A stretch of 64,000 nt of DNA, from contig NC_043020.1 in the NCBI RefSeq assembly GCF_006345805.1, positions 30,876,001-30,940,000 of the forward strand, written 5' to 3'. Origin of the DNA: Octopus sinensis (taxonomy: Eukaryota). Below the pieces are notes generated by a model. The model did no database searches. It saw only the letters and a program-made list of their open reading frames with translations, and was not told the DNA's origin. Shown here one piece after another: positions 39,315-52,159 of the stretch; positions within the stretch are counted from its first letter, which is position 1; every line of letters starts with the position of its first letter. The position numbers were made by a program, and so were the translations under genes.

Positions 39315-41624
39315 AAACAACACACAATTCTGATTTCGTATTCCTCCTTTGACTTAGAGCTGTGTAAGAAATCAATATGTCAGTCTCTACAAGTTGCTGA
39401 ATTAAATGCTTAATTCTGTAAAGACATCCATAATCCAATAAGATTACAAATGTCCAGTCTATTAACCCTCATCTTTAGACTCTACAGATATTTACAGCTG
39501 TGTGATCTCCACATTAGAGTCAATTGGGGAACTTTTATTTCTAAATTAAGTGGTTTTTTGCTTTGTTTTTCCACTAGCGCCATCTGCGTGTGCCAGTAAC
39601 CTAATGATCATGGACTTTACTACACTTAGCTTAAAAATTAATGTTCCTAGTTCAAATCCAGTTTGCAACCATATATCTAATCAAGAGTAAAACAATGATG
39701 ACACATGATCAAACAAATTGAAATGTAGTGTCAAGTAATTATCCTGTTAATTAGCAACAATTGTATATCAAGTATTTACATATTTAATCATCACCATCGT
39801 TCTTCTTTCACAATCTGCTACATGTATTTGAGAGTGTTTCTATATGGTCACTCAATCTGCTAAACATAGCAGCCCAAATCGCATTCATATTACAACCTAT
39901 ATCGATAATGAAGACCTAAAGACATTACATCTGTGAAAAGAAGAGAAGAGGATCTGAGTCAACAATTTCAAATGACACTTCTTTTTGTGGGGTAATACGG
40001 ATAAATGGATAAATCAAGCTAATGTAAACTTCTTTGCTGACGGGTACAAAAGCTAGCAATTAAATAATACTGAATTATTTCATAGCTCATGCCAGCCTCT
40101 TCCAAATCAAGACATGATAGCCCTTACTTCTCACTGCACTGCACAAAAGTTGGCTGGTTGTCCGGGACCCCAATCAAATAAGCCATGCTATCACTTAAAT
40201 GGAACTCTCAAAAATCTATTAGATACTGTCAGAAGGATAATTGAACAGAGTTGCGAATCATAGCACTTCCATAGCCACAAGACATCATTAATCAACGTAA
40301 ACAGTGTCCCACCTGTGTGTGTGTGTGTGTGTGTGCGCAATAGAAAATGCTTGCCAAGATTTTGGGCAGTGGGACTGAACCCAAAACCACTTATAATCAT
40401 CATCAGTTTAATATCCACTTTCCAGGCTTGCATGGGTCGTATGTAATTTGCTGAGGCAGATTTTCTACACTTCAATGCCCTTCTTGTCGCCGATTGTCAG
40501 TTGTTTCCAAGAAAGGTAGGATTTCCCAATGACCAGAAATATTGGAAACAAAGGACTCAGCTTGCATGACAGCAACAGTAATGCACACACACACACACAC
40601 ACACACAGTCAATTCATATAAACTCTACCCCTGGATTACATTACTTTTTAATGCATTTGGAGCATGCCGTTTCTGTACCTTTAATTACACACACACACAC
40701 ACACATACATGATGAGTTTCTTTCAAATTCACTCAAAAGGCTTTGGGTGACCTGGGGCTATAGTAGAAGACACTCAAGGTGCCTTGCAATGAGACTGAAC
40801 TTGGAACCATGTAGTTGGGAAGCAAGCTTCTTACCACACAGCTTTTTCAAACATATTTTTATTTGTTCCAAAATATGTTGCTAGTAAATAAACCAAAACA
40901 AAAAAAACAACAACAAAGTTTAAGGAACCACTGCCCAAAACATACACTTTCACTGGGATATATAAGCAAACATAGATATACACTTCTGCCTATCATCTCC
41001 ATCTCATTCTCTTTTGGCACTCACAGACAACTTTATATAGGTTGCAATTTATTTTGTTTATGCCATCAACTACTGCTAACCTCATTCAGAGGCCTGATCC
41101 ACCCACTATGTTATGATTAGTACATGGAACAAGAAGAAAATGGTTTGCTGAAATTAAAATTTCACTGGTTGTTTCTTGGTTTATATTAAAAACATTTGTG
41201 TTTGCAATTAGGCTTTCATTAGTAGTAAATGCTAAAGCTTTCTTACACTGGCACAAGGCCATAGATTTCAGATAAGAGTCGGTCAATTAAGTCAACCTTA
41301 GTATTTGACTAGTACTTAAATTTATCAGTACTACAGTGGAATTTGAATCCTATGTGAAGAGGAATGTAATTAAATACCACAAGGTATTTTGTCCAACAAT
41401 CTGTTTCTACTATTTATTGATGTTAAAATTTTTTTTTAAATAATGGTTTAAAATGTTGGCACAACTGGTACTTATTTTATTGACTCCAAACAAATGAAAG
41501 GCAAAGCTGACCTTGGTGGCATTTGATCTCAGAGTGTAAAGACATGAAAAACCACTAAGCATTTTATCTAACATGCTAACGATTGTACCAGCTCATTACC
41601 TTAATAACAACAATATTAATAAAT

Positions 41625-42204
41625 GTCCTGATGCAGTACCAGGCACTGGCTCTCAAGGCTTCTGATCTTTACTGATTGGAGTTGTTATAATGTACACATT
41701 TTGTCTTGGTATAAAAGATGGGCTAGAGTAAATATTCCGTTCAATAGCACAGATTTGCTAGTCAGTTGTTAAACCATAACCAGTTGAGCATGTCTCTTTG
41801 TGGATGATGATATGCACACCTCTAATCATGAGCACAAGTAGTGGGGGAGCATCAGAGCCATGTGTTGAGAGGACTTCTCTGGGGTTAGAATAATTCATTT
41901 CTGGAAACATGAGTATTTCATTCATCATCCTTAAACAAACCTTATTCAGGGACCTTTCGAGGGGGATGAGCTACTTGACTAGAAGAAAATTCTAACTGGG
42001 CCCTATCTGCATGGCTATGTGCTGTTTATCTTGATATGAGATTACTATGTCATTCGCATATGGTTGTGATGCCTGTGCCTGGTGTACCCTTATCAGATGA
42101 GTAGTCATGATGGGTATAATGGGCTTTGTATATTTGTACTCCAGTGTCACTTTGATGGTATGCACTGCTCTCCCACTCAATGACAATGATGATAATAATA
42201 ATAA
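41625..42204 (+). mobile_element. About 550-bp non-coding retroposon ending in (TAA)n, copy 1
   Basis: Colinear with 42205-42706 and 46446-46967; TAA-rich on both flanks. Confidence 0.75.
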
Positions 42205-42706
42205 ACTGATTGGAATTGATTATCAAGTACCTTTTTGTTTTTGTGTAAAAGATGAGCTGCAGCAAGTATTCTGCTCAAAACCACAGATTTGCTTGTCAGT
42301 CACTTGACCCTAAGCAGTTGAGCATATATCCATTAGGGGCTGATATATGTGCATCTCTGATTACAGGCAAGTATAGTGCAGGAGCAGAGACATGTGTTGA
42401 AGGGATTCTTTGGGGTTTGAGATAATTCACCCTTGGGAACATGGGTGTTTTGTTCTGCATCCTTAAACAACCCTTATTCAGGGACCTTGTGAGTAGGATA
42501 GGCTACTCAACCTGAAGAAAATTCTAACTGGGTCCCACCTGCAAAGTCAAGAACTATTTATCTTGATATGAGATCACCATGTTGTACACATATGGTTGTG
42601 ATGCATGTGCCTGGCATAGCCTTATCACAACAGGTAGTCATGATGGGTATATTGGACTTCATATATGTGTACACCAGCATCACTTTAATGGTATGTACTG
42701 CTCCTC
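42205..42706 (+). mobile_element. About 550-bp non-coding retroposon, copy 2 (tandem, slightly 5' truncated)
   Basis: Starts in the TAA tail of copy 1 and abuts the R4/Dong fragment. Confidence 0.75.
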
Positions 42707-43300
42707 TGTAGGATGTGTGGCAGCAAAAACAAAACCATTTTGCATATTGTAAGTGAGTGTAGCAAACTGGTCCAAAAGGAATTCAAAAAGAGGATTGAAT
42801 AATGTAGCTGAGTTTGTTCACAGAAATGGTATAAGCATAAACATCACAGAGAATAACGAGTATAGGATCTATAGCAATTGATGTTTGGACCAGACATTGT
42901 AGTGGATAAAAGGAGGCAGGAAAGCAAATTCATAGATATTGCCATACCTAAGGATGCACCAATGGGTGACAAAGAGTTGGAAAAGAATGAAAAGTACAAG
43001 CTGCAAAAAGATGAGGTTGCACAATTGTGGACAATGAAGAAAGTAACTGTGATTGCAGTAGTTTTTATAGGAGCAACAGTAGCATTAACAACCAGGTTTG
43101 AGAAATTTGGACTGATATGGGGGGGTAGAACATGCTGAAAAGATTGCTTTATTGGAGAGAGCTAGGGTCTTGAGATTGATACTTGGTTGTTAAGCATTAT
43201 GGAAAGAGATCCTGTAAGATCTTTGACAACAGGTTGCTGTCTGCTCTTACAGAATTAACTGGAGCAAGCAAAATCAGGAACTCTGAGATGTGAAATGGAA
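42707..43300 (+). mobile_element. R4/Dong-like RLE-type LINE 3' remnant
   Basis: CRMCGSKNKTILHIVSEC zinc knuckle; PDIVVDKRRQESKFIDIAIP..KELEKNEKY (PD..D..K restriction-like endonuclease). Confidence 0.85.
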
Positions 43301-46300
43301 ATTATAATAATGTTTCTAGCATAGACACAAGGCCTGAAATCTGAGGGTGAGGGTTAGTTGATGCCATCAATTCTAGTACTTGACTGGTAATTTATTTTAT
43401 TGACCCTAGAAGGATGAATGGCAAAGTTAATCTGAGGAAGATTCAAACTTAGAATATAAAAGGTCGCAATTCTGTCAACCCACCACTCTTTATTTGCCAC
43501 AAGGGCAGCAGATAAGTACAAAAACTATGGTGGTTTATCTTTTGTCTATCACTTGTTGCAGTCACTTGGACAGTGGCCATGCTAGGGCACTACTTTGAAG
43601 GGTTTAGGCAAACAAATCATCCCCAATACTTATTTTTTAAAGTCTGATATTTATGCTATCAGTCTCTTTTGCACTGAACTGTTAAGTTACAGGGAAGTAA
43701 ACAAACCAACACTGGGTGTCAAGTAGTGGTGACAGGTTAAAACTTCCATCTATTGTATTGGTCAACTTAGGGTTATAGTAGAAGATGCTTGCCCAAAGTG
43801 TTGTGCAGTGGGACTGAACCCAAAATCACGGGGTTGCAAAGCAAGCTTCTTAACCACACAGCCATGCCTGCACCAATATGAAGAATAAATATGGTAAAAC
43901 CAAATGGGAAAACAATATCTATCACAGACGCAAATGATGTGGGGAGTAACAGTTGATGATATCCATCTCACAGCTTGACTTAGCATTCATCTTATTGACA
44001 AAGGAAAGATCAGAAACAAAGGTAACTTCAGCATGATTTGAACTCTGAACATAAAAGATACAAAAATCAAGCAGTGCCATGGTTTACCTAGGCACAGATT
44101 TACAAATCCATGGGCAAGGGAACTGTGAATTGAATTGAACACAGTATTTGATACATTTTAGGATGGGAGGCAAAAATTGAAATCCCCGCTTCAAAATCTA
44201 AACCAAAATGGAAAGGCTTGAAACCTAAAAACTGCAGGTTATTTTAGTGCCGCTCTCTACTGTTTCTGTCACTCCAAAACCATTTGTTTTCATTTAAATA
44301 TTTGGTTTGATGATGTCCTGTTTGTGCCACTTCAAAAACATTATCATCTTGGCTTTTCAAATTTTTTTTCTGGCATTTACAAAGAGAAATAAAAAAATTC
44401 TTTTATCTTAAAATATACATAAATAAAAAGTTAAAACTTTTTCTTTTTGTATAATTCTAAACAAAGAGGGGGAAAAACCATCTATGTACATTATTGAAAC
44501 AAATTAAATACACACAGTAGTTACTGTTTTTTTTTGTTTTTTTTTTTGCTGTGTTCTTTTTTAAAGCACGAATCAATAAAGATCCTGCAATAACAAACAG
44601 CTCTACAAAAGCGCTCCCACTTCCACCAGCCCTGTTCTTTTCCCTTCAGAAATTGGAAAAGGGTTCTATTCCAAATGTGAGGCCTCAATACAGTCAATAC
44701 TGATGATGGTCTCCAACCAACACACATTAAACTTACACACACACTGCAAAGAAAAACAGCCACCACCATCATCTATTATAAGCACTGTATAATTATTCTT
44801 TGAGTAAGAGAAAGAGAACCAACCATGCAACTACAGCAACCACTGAGAGCCCCAATGAAAGAATCTGAATCCAGTTTAACCTAATTTCTACAGTGATCCA
44901 ATAATATGAATAAAATAGCACAGTGATGGCAGATTGGTGGTTCCCAATAGGGAGGGGTGGGTGGAGGTAGAGATTTCAAAGAAAATGTGAAAAAGAGAAG
45001 TCTAAAAAAAAAGGAAAAAAATGTACACACACACACACATCAATAGAAAACTAGAACTGAGTCAGAAAGGGGAAAATTAATGAAAACAACTTTGATACAA
45101 CAAGAACAACAAAAGGCTAACACAGAAGAAAAGTTGAAAAGAAGAAAAATGAAAACAAAAAGAAACAAACAATTTGATTCATGGTTAAATTTTTCAACAT
45201 GAATTGGCAGATGAAAGAGACTGTATGGATGTGTGCGAGATAATCAGAAGGAAGAGCAAAAGAGAGAGAGAGAGAGAGAAGGAAAGACTGAGATCCAGTG
45301 TAGAAATAGCTATAATACACTAAAACAGTATATGGAATATAATACACAGCAACTCTGTAGGAAGTGATATGTAACCAAAGTGAACAATTAATTATAAGAC
45401 ACAACAGTGTAGAATGAGTTATAATAGATGAGAACATTGTAAAAAGGATAATACTACAAAGCAAGTGTAATGAAAGTGTAGAAATAGGTTGTAATACACA
45501 AAGAGTGTAGAATGTGTGATATTGCATTTGCAAAACAGAGCAGAATGAAGTGTAGATTGGGTAGTATTAACACAGCAACGGTGTATATGGGTTACAATGG
45601 TTTTTGATTTTGGTACAAGGCCAACAGTTTTATAGTGAATGGGGTAAGTGGATTACAATGACTTGCGCTCAACTGGTATTTATTTAATCGACTCTGAAAG
45701 GATGAAAGGTAAAGTCAAAAATTTGAGCTCAGAACAAAATGAGTTGGAAGAGAAGAAACGCCACTTTAAAAGTTCTGCCAGCTCACCACTTCAGAATGGG
45801 TTACACTAATGGCTTAGGATGGGGGCATACAAAAGCAATTTCCAATATCTAAAAATTAAGTAAAAAAAAACAATATTTCAGATCACACACACTACAAAAA
45901 TTAGTGAAATTAGGGGGGAGAACATCATCATAATTGAATGCATGTCTCATGAAATTTGTGACTGCAAAAATATTTAAAATTTATATACTTTTTTTTTTTA
46001 AAGTTTGCAAGGAGATGATGATGTTTGATATTAAGGTTCTCTTCTGTTACTTTTAGCCTCCCATAAAACAAAATAAAGAGTATTCAATGTGGGAGACTGG
46101 TGGAAAAATAATTAGATTTCATAAAAAAGAAATCACTCAGTTTGATTATTGCTGTTCCACTATGACCATTATTAGTCATGCAGTCCTAAGTTGGAATTTT
46201 ACAGAAGAAATAAACATGAATCTGTGTGTGTGTGTGTGTAAAAACAATTGTTGCTAATATAGATACAAGACCAGAAACTTGGGGGAATTGGTTAACCAAT

Positions 46301-46445
46301 TCCCTAAACATCAGTATTTGACTGGTACATTATCTCATCAACATCGCAAGGATGAAACGTAAAGTTGACTGCAGTGAGATTTGAACTCAGAGCATAAACA
46401 ACCTCAGAGAATTTTTGCTTTTTGACACTATATAGAATAATAATA

Positions 46446-46967
46446 GATGCAATACCAGGAACTGGCTCCTGATCTTAACTGATTGAAGGTGTTAACAGGT
46501 ACATGTTTTGTCTTGGTGTAAAAGATGGGCTACAACAAATATTTTGCTCAATACCACAAATTTCCTTGTCACTTGTTTGACCATGTCCATTTGTGGCTGA
46601 CAATATGTGCATCTCTGATCATGAGCAGAAGTAGTAGGGGAGCATCAGAACCATGTGTTAAGAGGAATTCTTTGGGGTTTGAATAATTTACTTCTGGAAA
46701 CATGGGTGTTTCATTCTGCATCCGTAAACAACCCTTATTCAGGGACCTTTTGAGTCCTGAAGAAAATTGTAACTGGGCCCCACCTGCAAGGCCATGCACT
46801 ATTTATCTTGATATAAGATCATCATCTCATGTACATATGGTTGTGATGCATGTACCTGGTATACCCTTATCAGAGAGGTAGTCATGATGAGTATACTGGG
46901 CTTCATATATTTGTACCCAAGTGTCACTTTGATGGTATGCACTTCTCCCTCACATAATAATAATAAT
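46446..46967 (+). mobile_element. About 550-bp non-coding retroposon, copy 3
   Basis: Nearly the same start (GATGCAATACCAGG) and the same (TAA)n end as copy 1. Confidence 0.75.
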
Positions 46968-48716
46968 GGTTTCAAATTTTGGCATAAGGCCAGCAATTCT
47001 GAAAGAAAAGGGTATGTTAGTTACTTCATTAGTTGACTGGTACTTTATTTAATCATGGATGAAAGGCAGTGTATGTGCATATATATATATGACACACATG
47101 ATGGACTTCCACGGTAAGCCCAGTGCTATAATAGAAGGCACTTACTTAATGTGCAGTGCTATGGGACTGAACCCCAAGACCACATGACTGGGAAACAAGC
47201 TTCTTAACCACACAGCCACGCCTGCATCTATAAATATCAAACTGAAAAAACTTTCCTCATTTTCTCTTCCACCACTAAATTATTGTACCTCAAATTATAC
47301 TTGAAACACTCTGACACCATTGAGTGATCTCCTCCTCCTGTAAGCTAAAAGGAGATAGAGTTAGAGCAGGGGAGATGGAGAGGCACTAAAAGGCCAAAAA
47401 GACCTCAGACCAGCAAAGAAAAAAACAAAATAACATCTACTTGTCTCAGAAACACTCAGCTCCTGTGTGTAGAGAACAATGGGTAGATCTGTGCAACAGC
47501 AAGAGGTGTAGTGGTGCTGGTGGAAGTAGTTGTAAACAGCAGCAGCTGTAGTAGTGGGTGTGCGAGTTGTTTCGTTATTTCCTAAGGACAAGAAATCATT
47601 ATCAACAACTAAATTTTGTTGAAGACACAAAAGATAATGTTTCTTTATCACACTCATATAATATAAACAGTGATTTCTTTGGTGGTTCTTTTACTTTGTA
47701 GATGTCCAGGCTAGACCTCAATTACATCAACTTCACCTGTCTGGGACAACCTGCAAATGTCATGGGCACTGCCCCTGCAGCCTCTGATCAACTTATATGA
47801 ACAAAAACAAAACCTGCTTAGTTCAAAGTAATAGGTTCAAAGAAGCTAAACCAAACAATATTGATCAGCCATGTGTGCATTTATCTCTTATCTTGTACTC
47901 GTTTCAGTTAGTGGACAGCAGTAGTGCTGGGGGCACAAAATTGATAAAGTTTCTTATTTAGTCTGATACTTATTCTATCAGTCTTTATTGCCTAACTGCC
48001 AAGTTACAGGGACATAAAACAACACTGGTTGTCAAGTGGGAACTAATACACACACAAATTGCCTATATTATAAATTCTTTTTAAAATGAATGTGCTACAC
48101 ACATTGGGACAGCACTCTCTCTCTCTCTCTCTCTCGCACACACAGTGATATGGAGCACAAGCACACACAGAATACAGTACACACGCACACTGATCTGGTA
48201 CACCCACACAAACAATGTGATACGCCCAAACAGTTATGTATTACACACACACACACACACACAGAGGAATAAATAAACCTTCACATATTAAATGTAAAGA
48301 AAAGTGGAACATTTTATTATTTATAGTTAAAAGACTTGAAGAAAAAAGAGAAAACTCATGAAACAGTTGAATTTCCCCAACAATATGGAGAGGAAGAGAG
48401 AACAATGACAAAATACAACAGATTTTACCATATTTGGCACTTCCAGTTCTAAACTGCTGAGATCTTGCCAGAATTTACTTAGACTTTTCAACCTGTGGGT
48501 ATGGAGGATAGGAGTGGGGAGGAGAGGAACAGTGCTTCAAAATACCTACCAATAGTGGAATCATTAGTGTTGGACAAAAGGCTTTGCCACATTTAGATAT
48601 GTCCCAAGTTCAAATCCTACTAAGGCCAATTTCGCCATCAATCCTTCCAGGGATACAACACCAGATTTCCAAGATAAGGAATTCATATTTTCTACATTGT
48701 TTAAAAAAGATATATA

Positions 48717-48764
48717 GTCTTACAGTTATTTCTGGAACATCACGGATATTCCTCCATCAGAGAC
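48717..48764 (-). ncRNA. Decayed minimal type I hammerhead in a Penelope-like terminus
   Basis: Minus strand reads GTCT-CTGATGG-A-GGAATAT-CCGTG-ATGTTCC-A-GAAA-TAACTG-TA-AGAC, with stem I GTCT/AGAC and a 7-bp stem II. Confidence 0.65.
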
Positions 48765-49269
48765 GATGTGAGATGATTAAATAGGGGTAAATACTTGAGT
48801 TCGAAATAAGGAATTATTATGGAAAAGGAGGTGATAGGGAATATAGAGGGGAATAAGAGAATGAAAGTAGAAATGAAAATATAAAACATATAAAGATATT
48901 GTAGTTGCAATTCCACCATTCGAAGAAAGTGGTGTATAGAAGTAGTAAAAGAGTTTCATGTAGATGAACAAATTCAACTTAATGGTAAAGTACTTGATGT
49001 GTAATCACAGGGATGCGAGTTCGAGTCTCACGGCTGGTTGCCAACAGAATCTTCAGGAAATTATGGATTGTTTATCCTGTTCATGCTTTATTATCAGCAT
49101 TATCCACCGTTTGTGAATAAAAATTATTTCCTTATCTGTATCTTTCAATACAGCTCAACACTTCTAAAGCAAACTTTGTTTATTGACTTCCAACATAAGT
49201 TGAATTTAATACATTATATATATATAAATATATATACATACACACATATAAATATATATATACACATAT

Positions 49270-49592
49270 CGTTACCGCATCGCCTTACTAGCACTTGTGC
49301 TGGTGGCACGTGAAACATTTGAGCGAGGTCGTCGCCAGTGCCGCTGGACTGGCTCCTGTGCAGGTGGCACGTAAAAAGCACCATTTGGGCGTGGCCATTG
49401 CCAGTTCCACCAAACTGGCTCTCGTGCCGGTGGCACGTAAAAGCACCCACTACACTCTCGGAGTGGTTGGCGTTAGGAAGGGCATCCAGCTGTAGAAACT
49501 CTGCCAGATCAGATTGGAGTCTGGTTCGCCAGACCTTAGTCAAATCATCCAACCCATACTAGCATGGAAAGCAGACGTTAAATGATGATGAT
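49270..49592 (+). mobile_element. RTE 3'UTR-only insertion
   Basis: GGTGGCACGT units, GGTTGGCGTTAGGAAGGGCATCCAGC motif, (GAT)n tail. Confidence 0.85.
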
Positions 49593-49602
49593 ATATATAT
49601 AT

Positions 49603-49641
<39 letters not shown>

Positions 49642-49654
49642 CATACATACATAT

Positions 49655-49691
<37 letters not shown>

Positions 49692-49744
49692 CATACATAC
49701 ATATACACACACACACACATATATATATATATACATACATACAT

Positions 49745-49781
<37 letters not shown>

Positions 49782-49790
49782 CATACATAT

Positions 49791-49823
<33 letters not shown>

Positions 49824-49836
49824 CATACATACATAT

Positions 49837-49871
<35 letters not shown>

Positions 49872-49878
49872 CATACAT

Positions 49879-49963
<85 letters not shown>

Positions 49964-49992
49964 CATACATACACACACACATATATATATAT

Positions 49993-50039
<47 letters not shown>

Positions 50040-50052
50040 CATACATACATAT

Positions 50053-50089
<37 letters not shown>

Positions 50090-50102
50090 CATACATACAT
50101 AT

Positions 50103-50170
<68 letters not shown>
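49590..50170. repeat. Compound (TA)n(TACA)n(CA)n microsatellite with higher-order units
   Basis: About ten recurrences of a (TA)n-(CATA)n-(CA)n block; source of the 200-aa pseudo-ORFs. Confidence 0.95.
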
Positions 50171-50172
<2 letters not shown>

Positions 50173-51490
50173 AACACACATGTTAAATGATGATGATATT
50201 TATACTTAGATATATAGAAAACAAAGTTATTTTATTCCATATGAGTAGAAATACAGGAAAAATAGAAGTTGAAAATGCAATGAGAATAGTTAAAATATAT
50301 TTTTATAATTATATTTAAGGATTTAACCAGTTTCACAGTTTACACTGATTTTCAAAAGATTGAAATAGAAAAACATGGCTTCTGTTGCAGCTGTGTTGCT
50401 TCTAAGTAGTGTTTCAAGCTGACCTTATTTTGATATGGAGTTCAAGTCTGAAATTAGTATAATGCTTTGAATAGAGTTTGATTGGTAGAGGATAGTCACA
50501 TGACTGGTCTTAGAAATGTTTGTGGGTTCCCTATGTCAGTGTGATAGTATTATGTGACATTGTTTAGCGTTGTAAATTAAGGTTGACACTTAACTTAAGA
50601 CATCTAGAGGCCATGGTTGAAGCCAACGGTGATTCTATTGAATAAATTTACTCTTTTCATTTCTGCGTAATTTAGACAATTTATTCACTGCACACTGTCT
50701 ATATACATACACACACACACATATATATATCATCATCAACGTTTAGCGTCCGCTTTTTATGCTAGCATGGGTTGGATGGCTCAACTGGGGTCTGGGAAGC
50801 CAGAAGGCTGCACCAGGCCCAGTCTGATCTGGCAATGTCTCTACGGCTGGATGCCTTTCCTAACGCCAACCACTCCGTGAGTGTATCGGGTGCTTTTTAC
50901 GTGCCACCGGCACAGGTGCCAGACAAGGCTGGCAAATGGCCACGATCGGATGGTGCCCCCTACACGCCACCGGCACGAGGCCTACCAGGGCAGCGCTGGC
51001 AACGGCCACGCTGGGATGGTTCTCTCACGTACCACCGGCACTGGTATCACAGCTGCAATTTCCATTGATGTTGATCAATTTCGATTTTCACTTGCCTCAA
51101 CAGGTCTTTACAAGTAGAGTTTTGTGTCCCAAGAAGGAAAGGTATGCATAAGTGAACTGGCTACATCCCATGTGGAGGCCACGGGTTATGGTCTCACTTG
51201 TCCTGCCGGGTCTTCTCACGCACAGCATACTTCCAAAGGTCTCGGTCTCTAGTCATTTCTTCGGTGAGACCTAAACTTCGATGGTCGTGCTTCACCACCT
51301 CATCCCAGGTTTTCCTGGGTCTGCCTCTTCCACAGGTTCCCTCAACCGCTAGGGTGTGGCACTTTTTCACACAACTATCTTCATCCATTCTCGCCACATG
51401 ACCATACCAGCACAAACGTCTCTCTTGCACACCACAACTGATGCTTCTTAGGTCCAGCTTTTCTCTCAAGGTACTTACACTCTGTCAAGT

Positions 51491-51587
51491 ATGAACACTG
51501 ACATTACAATGAACACTGACATTACATGAACACTGACATTACAATGAACACTGACATTACAATGAACACTGACATTACAATGAACAC
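51491..51587. repeat. About 5.4 tandem copies of ATGAACACTGACATTACA
   Basis: Units start at 51491, 51509 (17 nt), 51526, 51544, 51562 and a partial at 51580. The unit is RTE coding sequence that is single-copy in the other RTE copies. Confidence 0.95.
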
Positions 51588-51633
51588 GAATAAATAAATG
51601 GAGTTGAACGAAGATGTTAATAAAATTTCTTTA

Positions 51634-51715
51634 CTTTCGACATATGTTTCGAAGACAACATGGTTTTATTCCAAAGGAATAAACAGTGTAAGATGCAATT
51701 TTCTCATCAGGAAAG
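51634..51715 (-). ncRNA. Type I hammerhead ribozyme (intact core, weakened stem II)
   Basis: Minus strand reads CTTTC-CTGATGA-GAAAAT...GTCTTC-GAAA-CATATG-TC-GAAAG. Confidence 0.78.
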
Positions 51716-52077
51716 AGAGCCTCTCTCAACAACAAGACATTATAACAATTACAATTAAAGGGATAATAAGTAGGGAACAAATAGAGGGGGAGTGATACAT
51801 TGATTAAAAGAATGTATACTTTGAACAATTAGTTTAACTTGCACTTCACTTCAATAGAGGAATTTTTTCCCAAGCCTTTGAACATTCTTTTAATCAACGT
51901 ATCACTCCCCCTCTATTTGTTACCTACTTATTATCCTTTTAACTCTTCTCTTCCTACTATCTGCCTTTGACATCAAATCTACTAACGGTTTTTTTAAATA
52001 CTTAATAACATTCTGTTTATCATGTAGGCAGTCATCGTAATTGTTATAATGTCTTGTTGTTGAGAGAGGCTCTCTTT

Positions 52078-52159
52078 CTTTCCTGATGAGAAGACTGCAT
52101 CTTACACCGTTTATTCCTTTGGAATAAAATCATGATGTCTTCGAAACATATGTCGAAAG
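52078..52159 (+). ncRNA. Type I hammerhead ribozyme, canonical core, GUC cleavage triplet
   Basis: CTTTC(52078-82) CTGATGA(52083-89) GAAGAC(52090-95)...GTCTTC(52137-42) GAAA(52143-46) CATATG(52147-52) TC GAAAG(52155-59); predicted cut after C52154. Confidence 0.88.

Noticed and set aside
47701-47800. Plus-strand exon after TTCTTTTACTTTGTAG
   Set aside because: Similar sequence at about 18107-18175 indicates a dispersed repeat, and the frames close quickly
48975-49040. Functional tRNA gene
   Set aside because: Acceptor and anticodon stems cannot be paired convincingly
50321-50360. Minus-strand hammerhead remnant as a stand-alone feature
   Set aside because: The layout fits (CAG/CTG stem, GAAA-CTGG-TT) but the core has multiple changes; kept only as weak support in the family-level finding
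51491-51587. CRISPR-like direct repeats
   Set aside because: No spacers, no cas genes, eukaryotic context; the unit derives from the RTE frame
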